A stretch of DNA of 64,000 bases, from the NCBI GenBank assembly GCA_963727505.1, contig CAVSGP010000002.1, positions 32,001-96,000 on the forward strand, in the 5' to 3' direction. Made by a program: the position numbers and the translations under genes. The notes under the pieces were generated by a model. That model made no database searches, had not been told where the DNA came from, and saw only the letters and a list, made by a program, of their open reading frames with translations. This DNA comes from an uncultured Trueperaceae bacterium. GTDB lineage: Bacteria > Deinococcota > Deinococci > Deinococcales > Trueperaceae. Positions 12,823 to 22,485 of this stretch are shown here, in pieces (position 1 is the first letter of the stretch; each line of letters begins with the position of its first letter).

Positions 12823-13893
12823 TCAAGCCGCACTCGGGTCGTTCGCCCCCTCCGTGACGAGGATCAGCAGCCGGCTGTCGGGACCGAGCTCGAGCTCGGC
12901 GGCCTTCGCATGGTCGGCGAGCGCCGCCATGGCGCCTGCCAGCCCCGCCGCCCCGGAGGGTGTGCTCTGCGGTCCTCCCGTCTCGGCGAGCAGCCGGGGT
13001 GCTTCCAGCAGCGTGTCCTCGCCGACGCTCAGAGCGCGAACGCCGTGTCGCATCAGAACGTCCAGGGCCGGAGCGCTGGCCTTGCCGCAGGACAGCATCG
13101 ACGCCGACGTCTCGAGGTCGCCGGTGAGCTGGACGGGATGGCCGGCTTCGAGCGCGGCGCGGACGCACGATGCTCCCGACGGCTCGACGACCACCAGCAC
13201 CGCAGGGGGCGCCAGCCAGCTCCCGAGCGTCTCCACGACGGCGGCGGCGAGGCCCCCGACGCCCGCCTGCACGAAGACATGCGTGGGCGGGAGGCTACCC
13301 GCGGCGTCCGCCTGACGCCGGATCTCAGCCGCCATCACGCCGTACCCCGCCATCACGTCGTGCACGACGGGGTCGGCCAGATCGTCCGTCGTGTCGGCCA
13401 CCAGCAGTCCACTCCCCGCGCGCGCCGCCTCTGCTGCGGCGGCCACCGCATCGTCGTAGGTGCCCGCGACCCAGACGATCTCGGCGCCCAGCGCTTCGAT
13501 GCGCTCGGCGCGCGCCGCAGGCACGCTCTCGTGGAGGAACACCTTGGCGGCCGTGCCGGCGAGCTTCGCTGCCAGGGCGACGGCCAGACCGTGGTTGCCG
13601 TCGCTGGCGCACAGGAGTGAGGGCAGGTCGTGAACGCCGTGCGAGACGACCGCCTCGATGTCCTCACCGGCCGTGCGGGCGAGCGCTCGCAGGCCGGCGT
13701 AGGTGCCCCCGAGCGACTTGAAGCTGCCGAGTGTGCGACCTCCCTCGTCCTTGACGAGCACCTGTGCGACGCCCAGCCGCGCCGCCAGACGCGGCAGGTC
13801 AACGAGCGGCGTGGGCCCGTAGGCCGGCGCCAGGAGCCGCAGCTCCGTCGCGATGTGGTCGGTGATCGCGGTGGAACGGTCGGCGGAGGTCAC
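12823..13893 (-). CDS. Diaminopropionate ammonia-lyase family PLP enzyme
   Basis: KDEGGRTLGSFKSLGG, ASDGNHG, QAGVGG. Confidence 0.85.
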   Translation of the reverse strand: MTSADRSTAITDHIATELRLLAPAYGPTPLVDLPRLAARLGVAQVLVKDEGGRTLGSFKSLGGTYAGLRALARTAGEDIEAVVSHGVHDLPSLLCASDGNHGLAVALAAKLAGTAAKVFLHESVPAARAERIEALGAEIVWVAGTYDDAVAAAAEAARAGSGLLVADTTDDLADPVVHDVMAGYGVMAAEIRRQADAAGSLPPTHVFVQAGVGGLAAAVVETLGSWLAPPAVLVVVEPSGASCVRAALEAGHPVQLTGDLETSASMLSCGKASAPALDVLMRHGVRALSVGEDTLLEAPRLLAETGGPQSTPSGAAGLAGAMAALADHAKAAELELGPDSRLLILVTEGANDPSAA

Positions 13894-13926
13894 ACCGCAA
13901 TCCTACTCGCCCGTCGGCAGGCCGGT

Positions 13927-15150
13927 TCAGATGCCGAGGACGTCGCCGACCGTGCGTACCGGCATCCCCGAGGCATGGATGTGCTCGACGATCGCCTGGA
14001 AGTCGCGGATGGCGTAATCGGTGTTCACCGTGTCGGACGGCACCACGTGGTGGAACGTCAGGATGCACCACTGCTTGCCGGCCCGCGCGCGGTCGATGCG
14101 ATCGATGAGGTCACGGGGCGGGCGGGCGTCGACCATGCTCCAAGCCCTCAGTTTGAGGGGGTTGGGCGGCGTGGCCACCTCGGTGCTGGACTGGATGATG
14201 GTGCGGGCGGCACGCCAGTAGCGGCGCACCGTCTGTAGGACCGCGTCGTCGAAGGCGCCACCCGGATAGGCGCAGTGGTTGGCACCGCGGAAGCCCTCGC
14301 TGCGCAGCCACTGCTGCAGGCGCTCGATGTCCTCCGTCAACGCCTCGGGACTGATCCGGGTCCAACGCGCGTCGTGCACGGCCAGCCGATCGCTGTGGCC
14401 GGCCACCTCCCAGCCGGAGAAGTCCTCGAGCCTGTGGAGTTGCTCCAGGGTCAGCCTTCGCGGGGTGCCGATGAGGTCGCGGATCACGTAGGCGGTCGCC
14501 GGGTAGCCGTAGGCATCGAGGATGGGGCGCGCGTTGTCGTAGGTATCCGCCCATCCGTCGTCGAACGACAGGCTGACGACCCCGTCGGGCCAGGCAACGG
14601 GCTCGGGGTAGGTGGCCACGCCGTTGACGTGGAGGGTGGTGTCGCCCCCCACGGGAGCGTCGACGCGGATGCGCAGGGCCTCGATGGCCTCGCGTCGTGG
14701 GGCGCCGACGGCGTTGGCGTCACCGAAGCCGAGGTCCACGACCACCCAACCCTCTCCCGCCTGCAGGTACTGGTTCGGAGGCGACGGACTGGTCTCCACC
14801 GGCCACTTGTAATAGTTCGCGAAGCCCGCGTCCCCGGCGTAAAGGGTGATGTCCCCGAGTCCGCTGAGGTCGCCCTCGACGCGGAGCCACAGCCGCACGA
14901 TGCGACCGCTCAGGTCGATGCTCGGGCCGCTGCGTTCGATCCAGGCCGGGAGACCTCCGCTCGGCTGCGTGAACCACGCGCTCTGCGAGCCGAGCACGTA
15001 GTCGCTGCCATCGTCGAGGTCGCTCGCCGAGGCGTTCGCGACGGTCCAGCCGTGGCCCGCCTGGAAGCGCGTGATCATCGTGAGGTCGTGGGCACGAGGC
15101 GCGTGTGGGACGGCGGACGTCCGCTCGATGACGCTGGCGAACTGGCGCAT
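13927..15150 (-). CDS. Polysaccharide deacetylase (CE4/NodB) with an N-terminal beta-rich domain
   Basis: LSFDDG, GHS..H, AYPGG, LTFHH in the C-terminal half. Confidence 0.85.
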   Translation of the reverse strand: MRQFASVIERTSAVPHAPRAHDLTMITRFQAGHGWTVANASASDLDDGSDYVLGSQSAWFTQPSGGLPAWIERSGPSIDLSGRIVRLWLRVEGDLSGLGDITLYAGDAGFANYYKWPVETSPSPPNQYLQAGEGWVVVDLGFGDANAVGAPRREAIEALRIRVDAPVGGDTTLHVNGVATYPEPVAWPDGVVSLSFDDGWADTYDNARPILDAYGYPATAYVIRDLIGTPRRLTLEQLHRLEDFSGWEVAGHSDRLAVHDARWTRISPEALTEDIERLQQWLRSEGFRGANHCAYPGGAFDDAVLQTVRRYWRAARTIIQSSTEVATPPNPLKLRAWSMVDARPPRDLIDRIDRARAGKQWCILTFHHVVPSDTVNTDYAIRDFQAIVEHIHASGMPVRTVGDVLGI

Positions 15151-15632
15151 CACTCGCTCCAGGTCTGTACGACCGCGCTGGCACCGTTGCCGATGACGCT
15201 CAGGCTGTCGACGTCGTAGCGTTCGGCGAAGCCCGCACCGATGATCTCGCCGGTGGTCGCCGTGGCGTCACCCCCGTCGCTCCTCACCCGGATCTCGCCC
15301 CGCTCGACCTGCACCCAGATTCCTGCCCGGGACGGTGCGCGCCGAACGATCTGCGGCGTGCGCGGGTCGAGCGTGCGCTGCGCGTAACCTGCCGCGGCGC
15401 TCCGGCCGGCCATCCGCACGTTGCCGGGATCGTCCTCCCGGAACGCAGGCAGGGCGCGTCCGTCCGGCCCGTACAGCACGACGGGCTGAGCCGCACCGGC
15501 CTGCCCGCCACCCGAGCCCACCTCCGCCCCGGCCGCGCGGGCGGTCCCGGCGCCGAGCACGACCCCCAGAAGACCGACCCCGAGCGACTGCACGAGCTTC
15601 CGGCGGCCCGCTCCCCAATCGCTATCGTCCAT
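15150..15632 (-). CDS. Hypothetical protein with a twin-arginine signal
   Basis: GRRKLV + hydrophobic stretch + ARA; stop overlaps the deacetylase start; leaderless start 7 nt after TACCAT. Confidence 0.75.
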   Translation of the reverse strand: MDDSDWGAGRRKLVQSLGVGLLGVVLGAGTARAAGAEVGSGGGQAGAAQPVVLYGPDGRALPAFREDDPGNVRMAGRSAAAGYAQRTLDPRTPQIVRRAPSRAGIWVQVERGEIRVRSDGGDATATTGEIIGAGFAERYDVDSLSVIGNGASAVVQTWSE

Positions 15633-15729
15633 GCCGGCCATGGTAGCCCGTCGTCTCGACGGCTCTTCCCTCCTGCGCTCGTGCCCTGGATCCCGGCGGG
15701 GCGTTCGCGTCACCGGGCGCGCCCGTCGT

Positions 15730-16926
15730 TCAACCCGCCGACACCGCCTCGATCGCCGTCAGGAACGCCTCGACCCCTACCTCCAGCGCTCCCTCGTCGA
15801 TCGCGAAGCGCGGGTGGTGGTGCGGGTAGGCCACCTCGACGCCCTCGGGCTTGGCCCCCACGAAGAAGAAGGTGCCCGGTTTGGCCGCGAGGTAGGCGGA
15901 GAAGTCCTCGCCGCCCATGATGCGTGGCGGCGTGACCACGCGTTCGGCACCGAACGTGGCCTCGAACGCGCCGCGCAGCTTCTCGGTGACGGCCTCGTCG
16001 TTCACCAGCGCGCGGTAGCCCTCGTGGTACGCGAAGGCGTAGTCGGCGCCGTGGGCCTCGCTCAGGCCCTTGACGACGCGCTCCATCAGGGCCGGCATGC
16101 GCGCGCGCAGCTCCGCGTCGAAGCTCCGCACGGTTCCCCCCAGCTCGGCGCGCTCGGGGATGACGTTGTCCGCGCTGCCGGCATGGAAGCGGGTGACCGA
16201 CACGACCAGCGGTTCGATCGGATCGACCACGCGCGACACCAGATGCTGCAGGTTGCTCACGATCTGCGCGCCGATGGCGACGGGATCGACCGCGGTGTCG
16301 GGCATCGCGGCGTGACCGCCCTTGCCGATCACCGTGATGTCGAAGGTGTCGGGAGCGGCCATGCCGGGCCCGGCCCGCAGGAGCAGCGCTCCGCTCTCGA
16401 ATGGCGCCATCAGGTGCAATCCCAGCACCGTGTCCACGTCGTCGATCACGCCCTCGTCGACGAGCTGCTGGGCGCCTCCCGGGAACAGCTCCTCGGCGTG
16501 CTGGAACACGAAGCGCAACTCCCCCTTGACCTGGTCGCGCCGATCGCTGAGGATGCGAGCCACCCCCAGCAGGATGGCGGTGTGCCCGTCGTGCCCGCAG
16601 GCGTGCATCACGCCGGGGCTCTGCGAGGCGAAGGGCACGCCGCTCTCCTCTTCGATGGGCAGCGCGTCCATGTCCGCACGAACCGCCACGCGCGGGCCGG
16701 GCAAGCCGCCGCGCAGCGTCGCCACCACGCTGGTGGGCGTGGGCCGCGTGACCTCGAACCCGCCGAACCCCTCGAGCGTGCGCTGCACGTAGTCCGCGGT
16801 CTCGTGCTCCTCGAAGGAGAGCTCGGGGTGGCTGTGCAGGTGACGGCGCCAGCTCACCACCTCACCGGCGACCTCAGCAGCCAATGCGTGCCAGTCGGTG
16901 GATACGTCGGGAGCGGGTTGTGTCAT
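15730..16926 (-). CDS. M20D family amidohydrolase
   Basis: RADMDALP, MHACGHDGH, FQHAEE, GGEDF, HHPRF. Confidence 0.93.
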   Translation of the reverse strand: MTQPAPDVSTDWHALAAEVAGEVVSWRRHLHSHPELSFEEHETADYVQRTLEGFGGFEVTRPTPTSVVATLRGGLPGPRVAVRADMDALPIEEESGVPFASQSPGVMHACGHDGHTAILLGVARILSDRRDQVKGELRFVFQHAEELFPGGAQQLVDEGVIDDVDTVLGLHLMAPFESGALLLRAGPGMAAPDTFDITVIGKGGHAAMPDTAVDPVAIGAQIVSNLQHLVSRVVDPIEPLVVSVTRFHAGSADNVIPERAELGGTVRSFDAELRARMPALMERVVKGLSEAHGADYAFAYHEGYRALVNDEAVTEKLRGAFEATFGAERVVTPPRIMGGEDFSAYLAAKPGTFFFVGAKPEGVEVAYPHHHPRFAIDEGALEVGVEAFLTAIEAVSAG

Positions 16927-17087
16927 GACGTCCTCCCTGAGGGTGGGGCACGACCACGTGCCCATCCGGCGGGCAGCTCGTCGTCCGCCTGGAACTCGGG
17001 CAAATCTACCACCCGTCGCGCGGCTGGAATCTCCGGTCGCGCGAGCCCCGTACCCAGGGCCCAGAACGCAAAGTGGCGGAGGGCGCG

Positions 17088-17876
17088 CTACAGGCAGCGC
17101 ACCATGCCGCCGTCGACCAGGATCGAGCTGCCGGTCATGTACGAGGCCGCGTCGCTGACCAGGAACGCCGCCACCTTACCGAACTCGCTGGTGTCGCCCA
17201 GCCGCCCCAGCGGGATGGCCTTCACCGAGGCCTCGCGCACCGCGTCCACCGACGCGCCTTCGCGCTTCGCGCGCGCCTCGTCGAGTTGCACGATGCGCGG
17301 CGTCAGCACCCGCCCCGGCGACAGCGTGTTGACGCGGATGCCGTCCGAAGCGAGTTCCAGCGACAACGTCTTCACCAGCGCCTCCACCGCCGGGCGCAGC
17401 ACGTTGCTGAGCGTCAGGTTGGCGATCGGCGCCTTCACGCTCGAGCTCGCCAGCGCCAGCACCGCCCCGCCCTGCGACCGCTTGAGATGCGGCAGCGCCG
17501 CACGCACGCTACGGACCACGCTCATCAACGTGAGGTCCACGGCGCGGGCCCAGGCGTCGTCGTCCAGCGCCTCGAAGGTGCCGGGCGGCGGCCCGCCGGC
17601 GTTGGTCACCAGGATGTCCAACCCGCCCAGCGCGCTCGCAGCCTCCCCGACTAGCCGCTCGACCTGCGGGCCGTCGCTGACGTCCGCCTGCAGGCCCAGC
17701 ACATGGCCACCGGTGGCTTCGGCCACTTCCCGCGCGGCTTCCTCGGCGCGCGCGGCGTCCCGCCCGCACAGCGCCACCTTCGCGCCCTCGGCCGCGAGCA
17801 CGCGGGCGGTTCCCAACCCCAGCCCCGACGTGCCAGCCAGTACGAGCGCCTTGCGTCCTTCGAGTCCCAGATCCAT
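17088..17876 (-). CDS. SDR oxidoreductase
   Basis: AGTSGLG, NAGGPP, DGG; LSNVLR in place of YxxxK. Confidence 0.9.
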   Translation of the reverse strand: MDLGLEGRKALVLAGTSGLGLGTARVLAAEGAKVALCGRDAARAEEAAREVAEATGGHVLGLQADVSDGPQVERLVGEAASALGGLDILVTNAGGPPPGTFEALDDDAWARAVDLTLMSVVRSVRAALPHLKRSQGGAVLALASSSVKAPIANLTLSNVLRPAVEALVKTLSLELASDGIRVNTLSPGRVLTPRIVQLDEARAKREGASVDAVREASVKAIPLGRLGDTSEFGKVAAFLVSDAASYMTGSSILVDGGMVRCL

Positions 17877-17919
17877 GGTCATCCTCCGTCGTTCTTGGAT
17901 TGCGTCGCCGTCGTTGCCT

Positions 17920-19170
17920 CTACAGCTCCCCGTCGAGCCGCTGCAGCGCGTCCAGCATGACCGCCGCGCCGGCGGCGATGTCGCTCGTGGCGGCCCGCTC
18001 GTCGGGATGGTGGCTCAACCCTTCCTCACAGGGTACGAAGAGCATCGCCACCGGGCAGGCGTGGGCCAGCTGCATGGCGTCATGGCCGGCCCCGCTCGAC
18101 AGGCGCCGGTAGCCGAGCCCACGACCGTCGCAGGCGGCCTCGAGGGCCGCGACAAGACGAGGGTCGCTCTGCACCGCACGCGCCGTGCTGGTGACGACGG
18201 CCTCCAACTCGAGCCCCAACGCCTGGGTGCGGGTCCGTGCTCGATCCCGCGTCTCGGCGAGGAAGGCCTCCACCTCAGCAACGTCGAGCGAGCGCGCCTC
18301 GAGCACCAGCCGTACCTCGCCGGGCACCACGTTGGCACCGTTCGGCAGGACCTCCAAGCGCCCCACGGTGGCAACGAAGCCGTCGTGCGCGGCGTGCTCC
18401 CGGGCGCGCTCCCACACATCTTGCACCAACGCCGTGGCGCCGACCAGCGCGTCGCGCCGCAGCGCCATCGGCGTGGTGCCGGCGTGCCCCGCCTTGCCCC
18501 GCACCGTGACGTCCATCCGCTGGATCGCCACGATGCCCTCCACCACGCCGATCGAGACTCCCTCGCGCTCGAGCGCCGGCCCCTGCTCGATATGCAGCTC
18601 CAGGAAAGCAGCCAGCCGCCCGGCATCGGGCAGCGGCGCGCCCAACGCCGCCGGATCGCCGCCCATGCGGGCCAGCGCGGCGGCGAGCGTCTCGCCAGCG
18701 GGATCGCTGCCGGCCAGCATGGCGGGGGTCAGGGTCCCCACCAGCGCGCTGCTCCCCACACAGGACGCACCGTAATCGCTCGGCTCCTCGGAGAGGAAGT
18801 CGTAGACGGCCAGCGGATGATCGAGCTCGACCCCCTGCTCGTGCAGCACCTGCGCGGCCTCCAGCGCGGCGAGCACGCCGGCGACGCCGTCGTAGCGGCC
18901 GCCACCCGCCACCGTGTCGATGTGCGAGCCCGCCGCCAGGGCCTTGGCGCCGGCGCGGCGGCCGGCGCGCCGCCCCACCAGGTTGCCGGCAGCGTCGACC
19001 GAGGGCTCGAGCCCGGCTTCGCGGACCTCCTCGGCGAGCCATGCGCGGGCGCGCAGGTAGAGGTCGGTGAATGCGCGGCGGGTGTAGGGCCGGTCGGGTT
19101 CGGTGAACGCCGCCAGACGCTCGATACGACGGCGGATGCGGGCCTCGTCGATGGCGAGCGGCTTGCTCAC
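17920..19170 (-). CDS. Zn-dependent hydrolase, allantoate amidohydrolase/N-carbamoylase family
   Basis: GSHIDTV, GRYDG, ELHIEQGP, HAGTTPM, GAGHDA. Confidence 0.93.
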   Translation of the reverse strand: MSKPLAIDEARIRRRIERLAAFTEPDRPYTRRAFTDLYLRARAWLAEEVREAGLEPSVDAAGNLVGRRAGRRAGAKALAAGSHIDTVAGGGRYDGVAGVLAALEAAQVLHEQGVELDHPLAVYDFLSEEPSDYGASCVGSSALVGTLTPAMLAGSDPAGETLAAALARMGGDPAALGAPLPDAGRLAAFLELHIEQGPALEREGVSIGVVEGIVAIQRMDVTVRGKAGHAGTTPMALRRDALVGATALVQDVWERAREHAAHDGFVATVGRLEVLPNGANVVPGEVRLVLEARSLDVAEVEAFLAETRDRARTRTQALGLELEAVVTSTARAVQSDPRLVAALEAACDGRGLGYRRLSSGAGHDAMQLAHACPVAMLFVPCEEGLSHHPDERAATSDIAAGAAVMLDALQRLDGEL

Positions 19171-20072
19171 GCCGGCTCGTGCAAGCCTGGCTCGAGCCGC
19201 AGTCCGACGCGCGCGACGATGCTCTCGAGTTCCTCGCGGCTGACGTCGTCCAGCGCCATGCCCGGCGGGCGGATGAAGCTGCTGGTGAACACCCCGCGCT
19301 TGCGGTAGACGTGCTTGCGGAACGCCAGCCCGATCTTGGGCTGGAACTCGTAACGGATCAGCGGCATGTAGTGGTCGAAGGTCCTGGCCGCGCCCGGCGC
19401 GTCGCCATCCACGAACTGCCGGTAGATCTTCACCAGCACCTCGGGGAACGCAAAGCCGGTCATGATGCCCACCGCGCCACGCTGCAGCTCCTCCAGGAAG
19501 TACTCGCCGCCGAGACCGCCGAACACCCCGATGCGCCCCTCCGTCAGCTCCCGGATGCGCGTCAGCTTGGTCAACACCGGCGGATCCTCCAGCTTGATGT
19601 AGGGCGCGAAGCCGTCGTTGGCCAGGCGCGCCACCAGCTCCGGCGACAGCGTGATCCCGAACGACGCCGGGTAGTCATGCACGATCACCGGCACCTCGAT
19701 CGCCTGCGCCACGGCCCGGTAGTGCTCGTACAGCGCCGCGTCCGACTGCGGCGCGATGGGCGCCACGAACACCGCGGCGGCGCCGAGCTGCTGCGCGGTC
19801 CGCGCCTGCTCCACCGCCCCCGCCGTGCCCAACGCGCGCACCCCCACCCACACCGGGATCTTGCCCGCGGCGCGCGCCACCACCGTCTCGACCACGGTGC
19901 GCCGTTCGGCTTCCGCCAGCTTGTGCGCCTCACCCAGGAACCCCAGGATCGCCACGCCATCCACCCCGGCCTCGAGCTGGAAGTCGATGAGCCGTTCCAG
20001 GCTCGCCACGTCGAGCTCGCCGCCATCCGTGAACGGCGTCGGCAAGATGGGATTCACACCATGCAGGTCCAT
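19167..20072 (-). CDS. DHDPS/NAL-family aldolase or dehydratase
   Basis: PTPF, GFLGE, YIKLED (Schiff-base Lys). Confidence 0.88.
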   Translation of the reverse strand: MDLHGVNPILPTPFTDGGELDVASLERLIDFQLEAGVDGVAILGFLGEAHKLAEAERRTVVETVVARAAGKIPVWVGVRALGTAGAVEQARTAQQLGAAAVFVAPIAPQSDAALYEHYRAVAQAIEVPVIVHDYPASFGITLSPELVARLANDGFAPYIKLEDPPVLTKLTRIRELTEGRIGVFGGLGGEYFLEELQRGAVGIMTGFAFPEVLVKIYRQFVDGDAPGAARTFDHYMPLIRYEFQPKIGLAFRKHVYRKRGVFTSSFIRPPGMALDDVSREELESIVARVGLRLEPGLHEPA

Positions 20073-20114
20073 CGAGTCCTCCTTCGGGGTCCGGCCGCGC
20101 GGCGCCGGCGTCCG

Positions 20115-20867
20115 TCAACTCACGCCGACCATCCCGCGGCGCGGGATGGTCGGGAGCTTCGCCGCAGCCTCCATCGTCGCATGAACGAGGAAGCTCTCGC
20201 GGCCGCCGGTGCGCGCCAGCGGTCCCAGCAGGCTCAACGCACCCTCGAGGCCGCCGTCGTGGTCCAGGACCGGGACGCCCACGGCCCACACGCCGCGGTC
20301 GACCTCCTCGCGGCTGACGGCGTAGCCGCATTCGCGGATGTGCGGGAGCTCGTCCAGCAGCGTCGCCTGCTCGGCCGGGCTCAACCCCTCCGGGCCCTCC
20401 ATCAGCGCCACCAGGACGTCGGCGGGTAGGTAGGGCAGCATCGCTTTGGCCGGAGCTCCGCGCAGCATCGGCTTGGTCATCCCCTTGGAAAGCGCGTAGC
20501 GCAACGGCTGGCGGCTCTCGATGATGTCGACGCAGACTGCCTCGTGATCGAGTGGGACCAGCAGCGCGACGGTCTCGCCGGTCGCCGCAGCCAGCTCGCG
20601 CATGACCGGCTGGCAGAGGGCCCACTCGTCGAGGGCCCGGCGGAAGCCGAGCTCCAACTGCACGCAGCGGGGGCCGAGCCCGAGCCTGCCCTCGGGAAGG
20701 TCCCATAGCAGGCCGGCGTCGCGCAGGGCGGCGACGTAGCGGTAGACCGTGCTGACGGGCGCGCCGAATCCGTTCGCCAGCTCCTGGACGGTGCACGGGC
20801 CGTGCCGAGCGAGCCAGACGAGATAGCCGACGCCACGCTCGATGGTCTGCAATTGCTGGGAACCCAC
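20115..20867 (-). CDS. IclR family transcriptional regulator
   Basis: N-terminal HTH (PVSTVYRY), GAPAKAML, GYAVSREE. Confidence 0.9.
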   Translation of the reverse strand: MGSQQLQTIERGVGYLVWLARHGPCTVQELANGFGAPVSTVYRYVAALRDAGLLWDLPEGRLGLGPRCVQLELGFRRALDEWALCQPVMRELAAATGETVALLVPLDHEAVCVDIIESRQPLRYALSKGMTKPMLRGAPAKAMLPYLPADVLVALMEGPEGLSPAEQATLLDELPHIRECGYAVSREEVDRGVWAVGVPVLDHDGGLEGALSLLGPLARTGGRESFLVHATMEAAAKLPTIPRRGMVGVS

Positions 20868-21040
20868 GACATGTCCTCCGGCCGACCGGTCCCCTCCTGA
20901 CCGGCGGCGCTACACAGGTCCCGCGACGGGACGCAACGAGCTCACACGACTCCTGTCGAAGTGTAGCTCAGGGCACGGCCCACGGCCAGCGCGAAACGCC
21001 GCGCCGCGACACCACCGTGGTCCGCGCCGCGCCGGCACGT

Positions 21041-22351
21041 TCAGGTCACGGGGGATCGCGCGTCGTCGTAGGCGCGATGCGCGCCCTCCTCGACGATCGC
21101 CACCAGCCGCTCCACGGCGTCCCAAACGTCGACGAAGCGCGTATAGAGCGGCGCCAGGCCGAAGCGGATGGTGTCGGGCTCGCGGAAGTCGGGTACCACG
21201 CCGGCATCGATGAGGGCGCGGTTGATGCGGTAGCCGTCGGGGTGGCGCAGGCTCACGTGCGAGCCGCGCCGGTCCGGGTCGCGCGGCGTCCCCAGCGTGA
21301 ACCCGAGCGGCGCCAGCCGGGCGTCGAACAGCTCCACCAGCAGCCGCGTCAGCGCCACGGACTTGGTGCGCACCGCGTCCAGGCCGGCCTCTTCGAGCGG
21401 CTCCAAGCCCGCCTCGATCGCCAGCATCGAGAGCACCGGCGGGGTGCCGACCAGGAAGCGGCCGACACCTTCGGCGGGCTCGTACGCGAGATCGAACCCG
21501 AACGGCGCCCGACGCCCGAACCAGCCCTCGACCGGCGAGCGCAGGCGCTCCTGGAGATCGCGCCGCACGTACAGGAAGGCGGGAGCACCGGGCCCGCCGT
21601 TCAGATACTTGTAGGTGCACCCCACCGCCAGCTCCGCGCCCCAGGTGTCGAGCTCGATCGGCACGACACCCACCGCGTGGCTCAGGTCCCATAGCACCCA
21701 CGCGCCGACCGCGCGTGCCCGTGCTGCCAGGGCATCGGCGTCGTGAAGGTAGCCGCTCTTGAAGGTCACGTGCGAAAGCACCACCAGCGCGGTCGTCTCG
21801 TCGATGGCCGCCGTCAGCGCCTCGATGTCCGGAGTCACGCCGTGCGCGCCCGCCGGCACCACCTTCAGGGCGGCGCGCTCGTGGGCGCCACGCACGACGC
21901 TCTGCAGGGTGTAGAGGTCCGAAGGGAAGTTCATCGCGTCCGACACGAGCGTGGGCCGCTCGGGTCGAGCGGCGAGCGCCGCGCCCGCCAACTTGAAGAG
22001 ATTGACGGTGGTGCTGTCGCTCACCACGACCTGGCCAGGCCCGGCGCCGATCAGCGGCGCCAGGCGCTCGCCGATGCGGCGGGGCGCGTCGACCCAGCCG
22101 CGCCCCCAGCTCGCGATGAGGTGTTGGCCCCAGTCCTCCTCCACCGCAGCCGCCAGGCGCTCGCGCGTGCGCCTCGGCAGGCGGCCGAGGGAGTTGCCGT
22201 CGAGGTAGATGCGGGGGGCGTCGTCGAAGACGAACGCCTCGCGGTAGCGCGCGAGGGCGTCCTCGCGGTCGAGTTGCTCGGCGAGGCCGCGTGAGAGCGC
22301 GGCGTTGCCCTGCGCGCTGCCGTAGCGTGGAGCGGTGTCCATGTCCGTCAT
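21041..22351 (-). CDS. kynU: Kynureninase
   Basis: YLDGNSLG, WDLSHAVG, GCTYKYLNGGPG. Confidence 0.93.
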   Translation of the reverse strand: MTDMDTAPRYGSAQGNAALSRGLAEQLDREDALARYREAFVFDDAPRIYLDGNSLGRLPRRTRERLAAAVEEDWGQHLIASWGRGWVDAPRRIGERLAPLIGAGPGQVVVSDSTTVNLFKLAGAALAARPERPTLVSDAMNFPSDLYTLQSVVRGAHERAALKVVPAGAHGVTPDIEALTAAIDETTALVVLSHVTFKSGYLHDADALAARARAVGAWVLWDLSHAVGVVPIELDTWGAELAVGCTYKYLNGGPGAPAFLYVRRDLQERLRSPVEGWFGRRAPFGFDLAYEPAEGVGRFLVGTPPVLSMLAIEAGLEPLEEAGLDAVRTKSVALTRLLVELFDARLAPLGFTLGTPRDPDRRGSHVSLRHPDGYRINRALIDAGVVPDFREPDTIRFGLAPLYTRFVDVWDAVERLVAIVEEGAHRAYDDARSPVT

Positions 22352-22485
22352 CGTACGCGTGCCGGGCGGCGCGCCTTCGGGACCCGCTTCGGCCCGTGCA
22401 TCTCATGCATCCCACCTGCACATCTCGTCAACACGGCGGCCGTAGCATCGGGGTGGAGTTCGCCCGCCGCAGTCGGGTGAGAATC

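Noticed and set aside
12710..15700. Genomic island integrated at tRNA-Val
   Set aside because: No integrase and no duplicated tRNA 3' end found by eye; only the accessory-looking content is suggestive.
15631..19308. 1225-aa plus-strand ORF
   Set aside because: Lies antisense to well-supported minus-strand enzyme genes and has no recognisable motifs.
19167..20072. dapA assignment, and a second skewed tract
   Set aside because: It lacks the GTTGE motif and sits in a catabolic context; its G-ending bias is mild and has no sharp boundaries.
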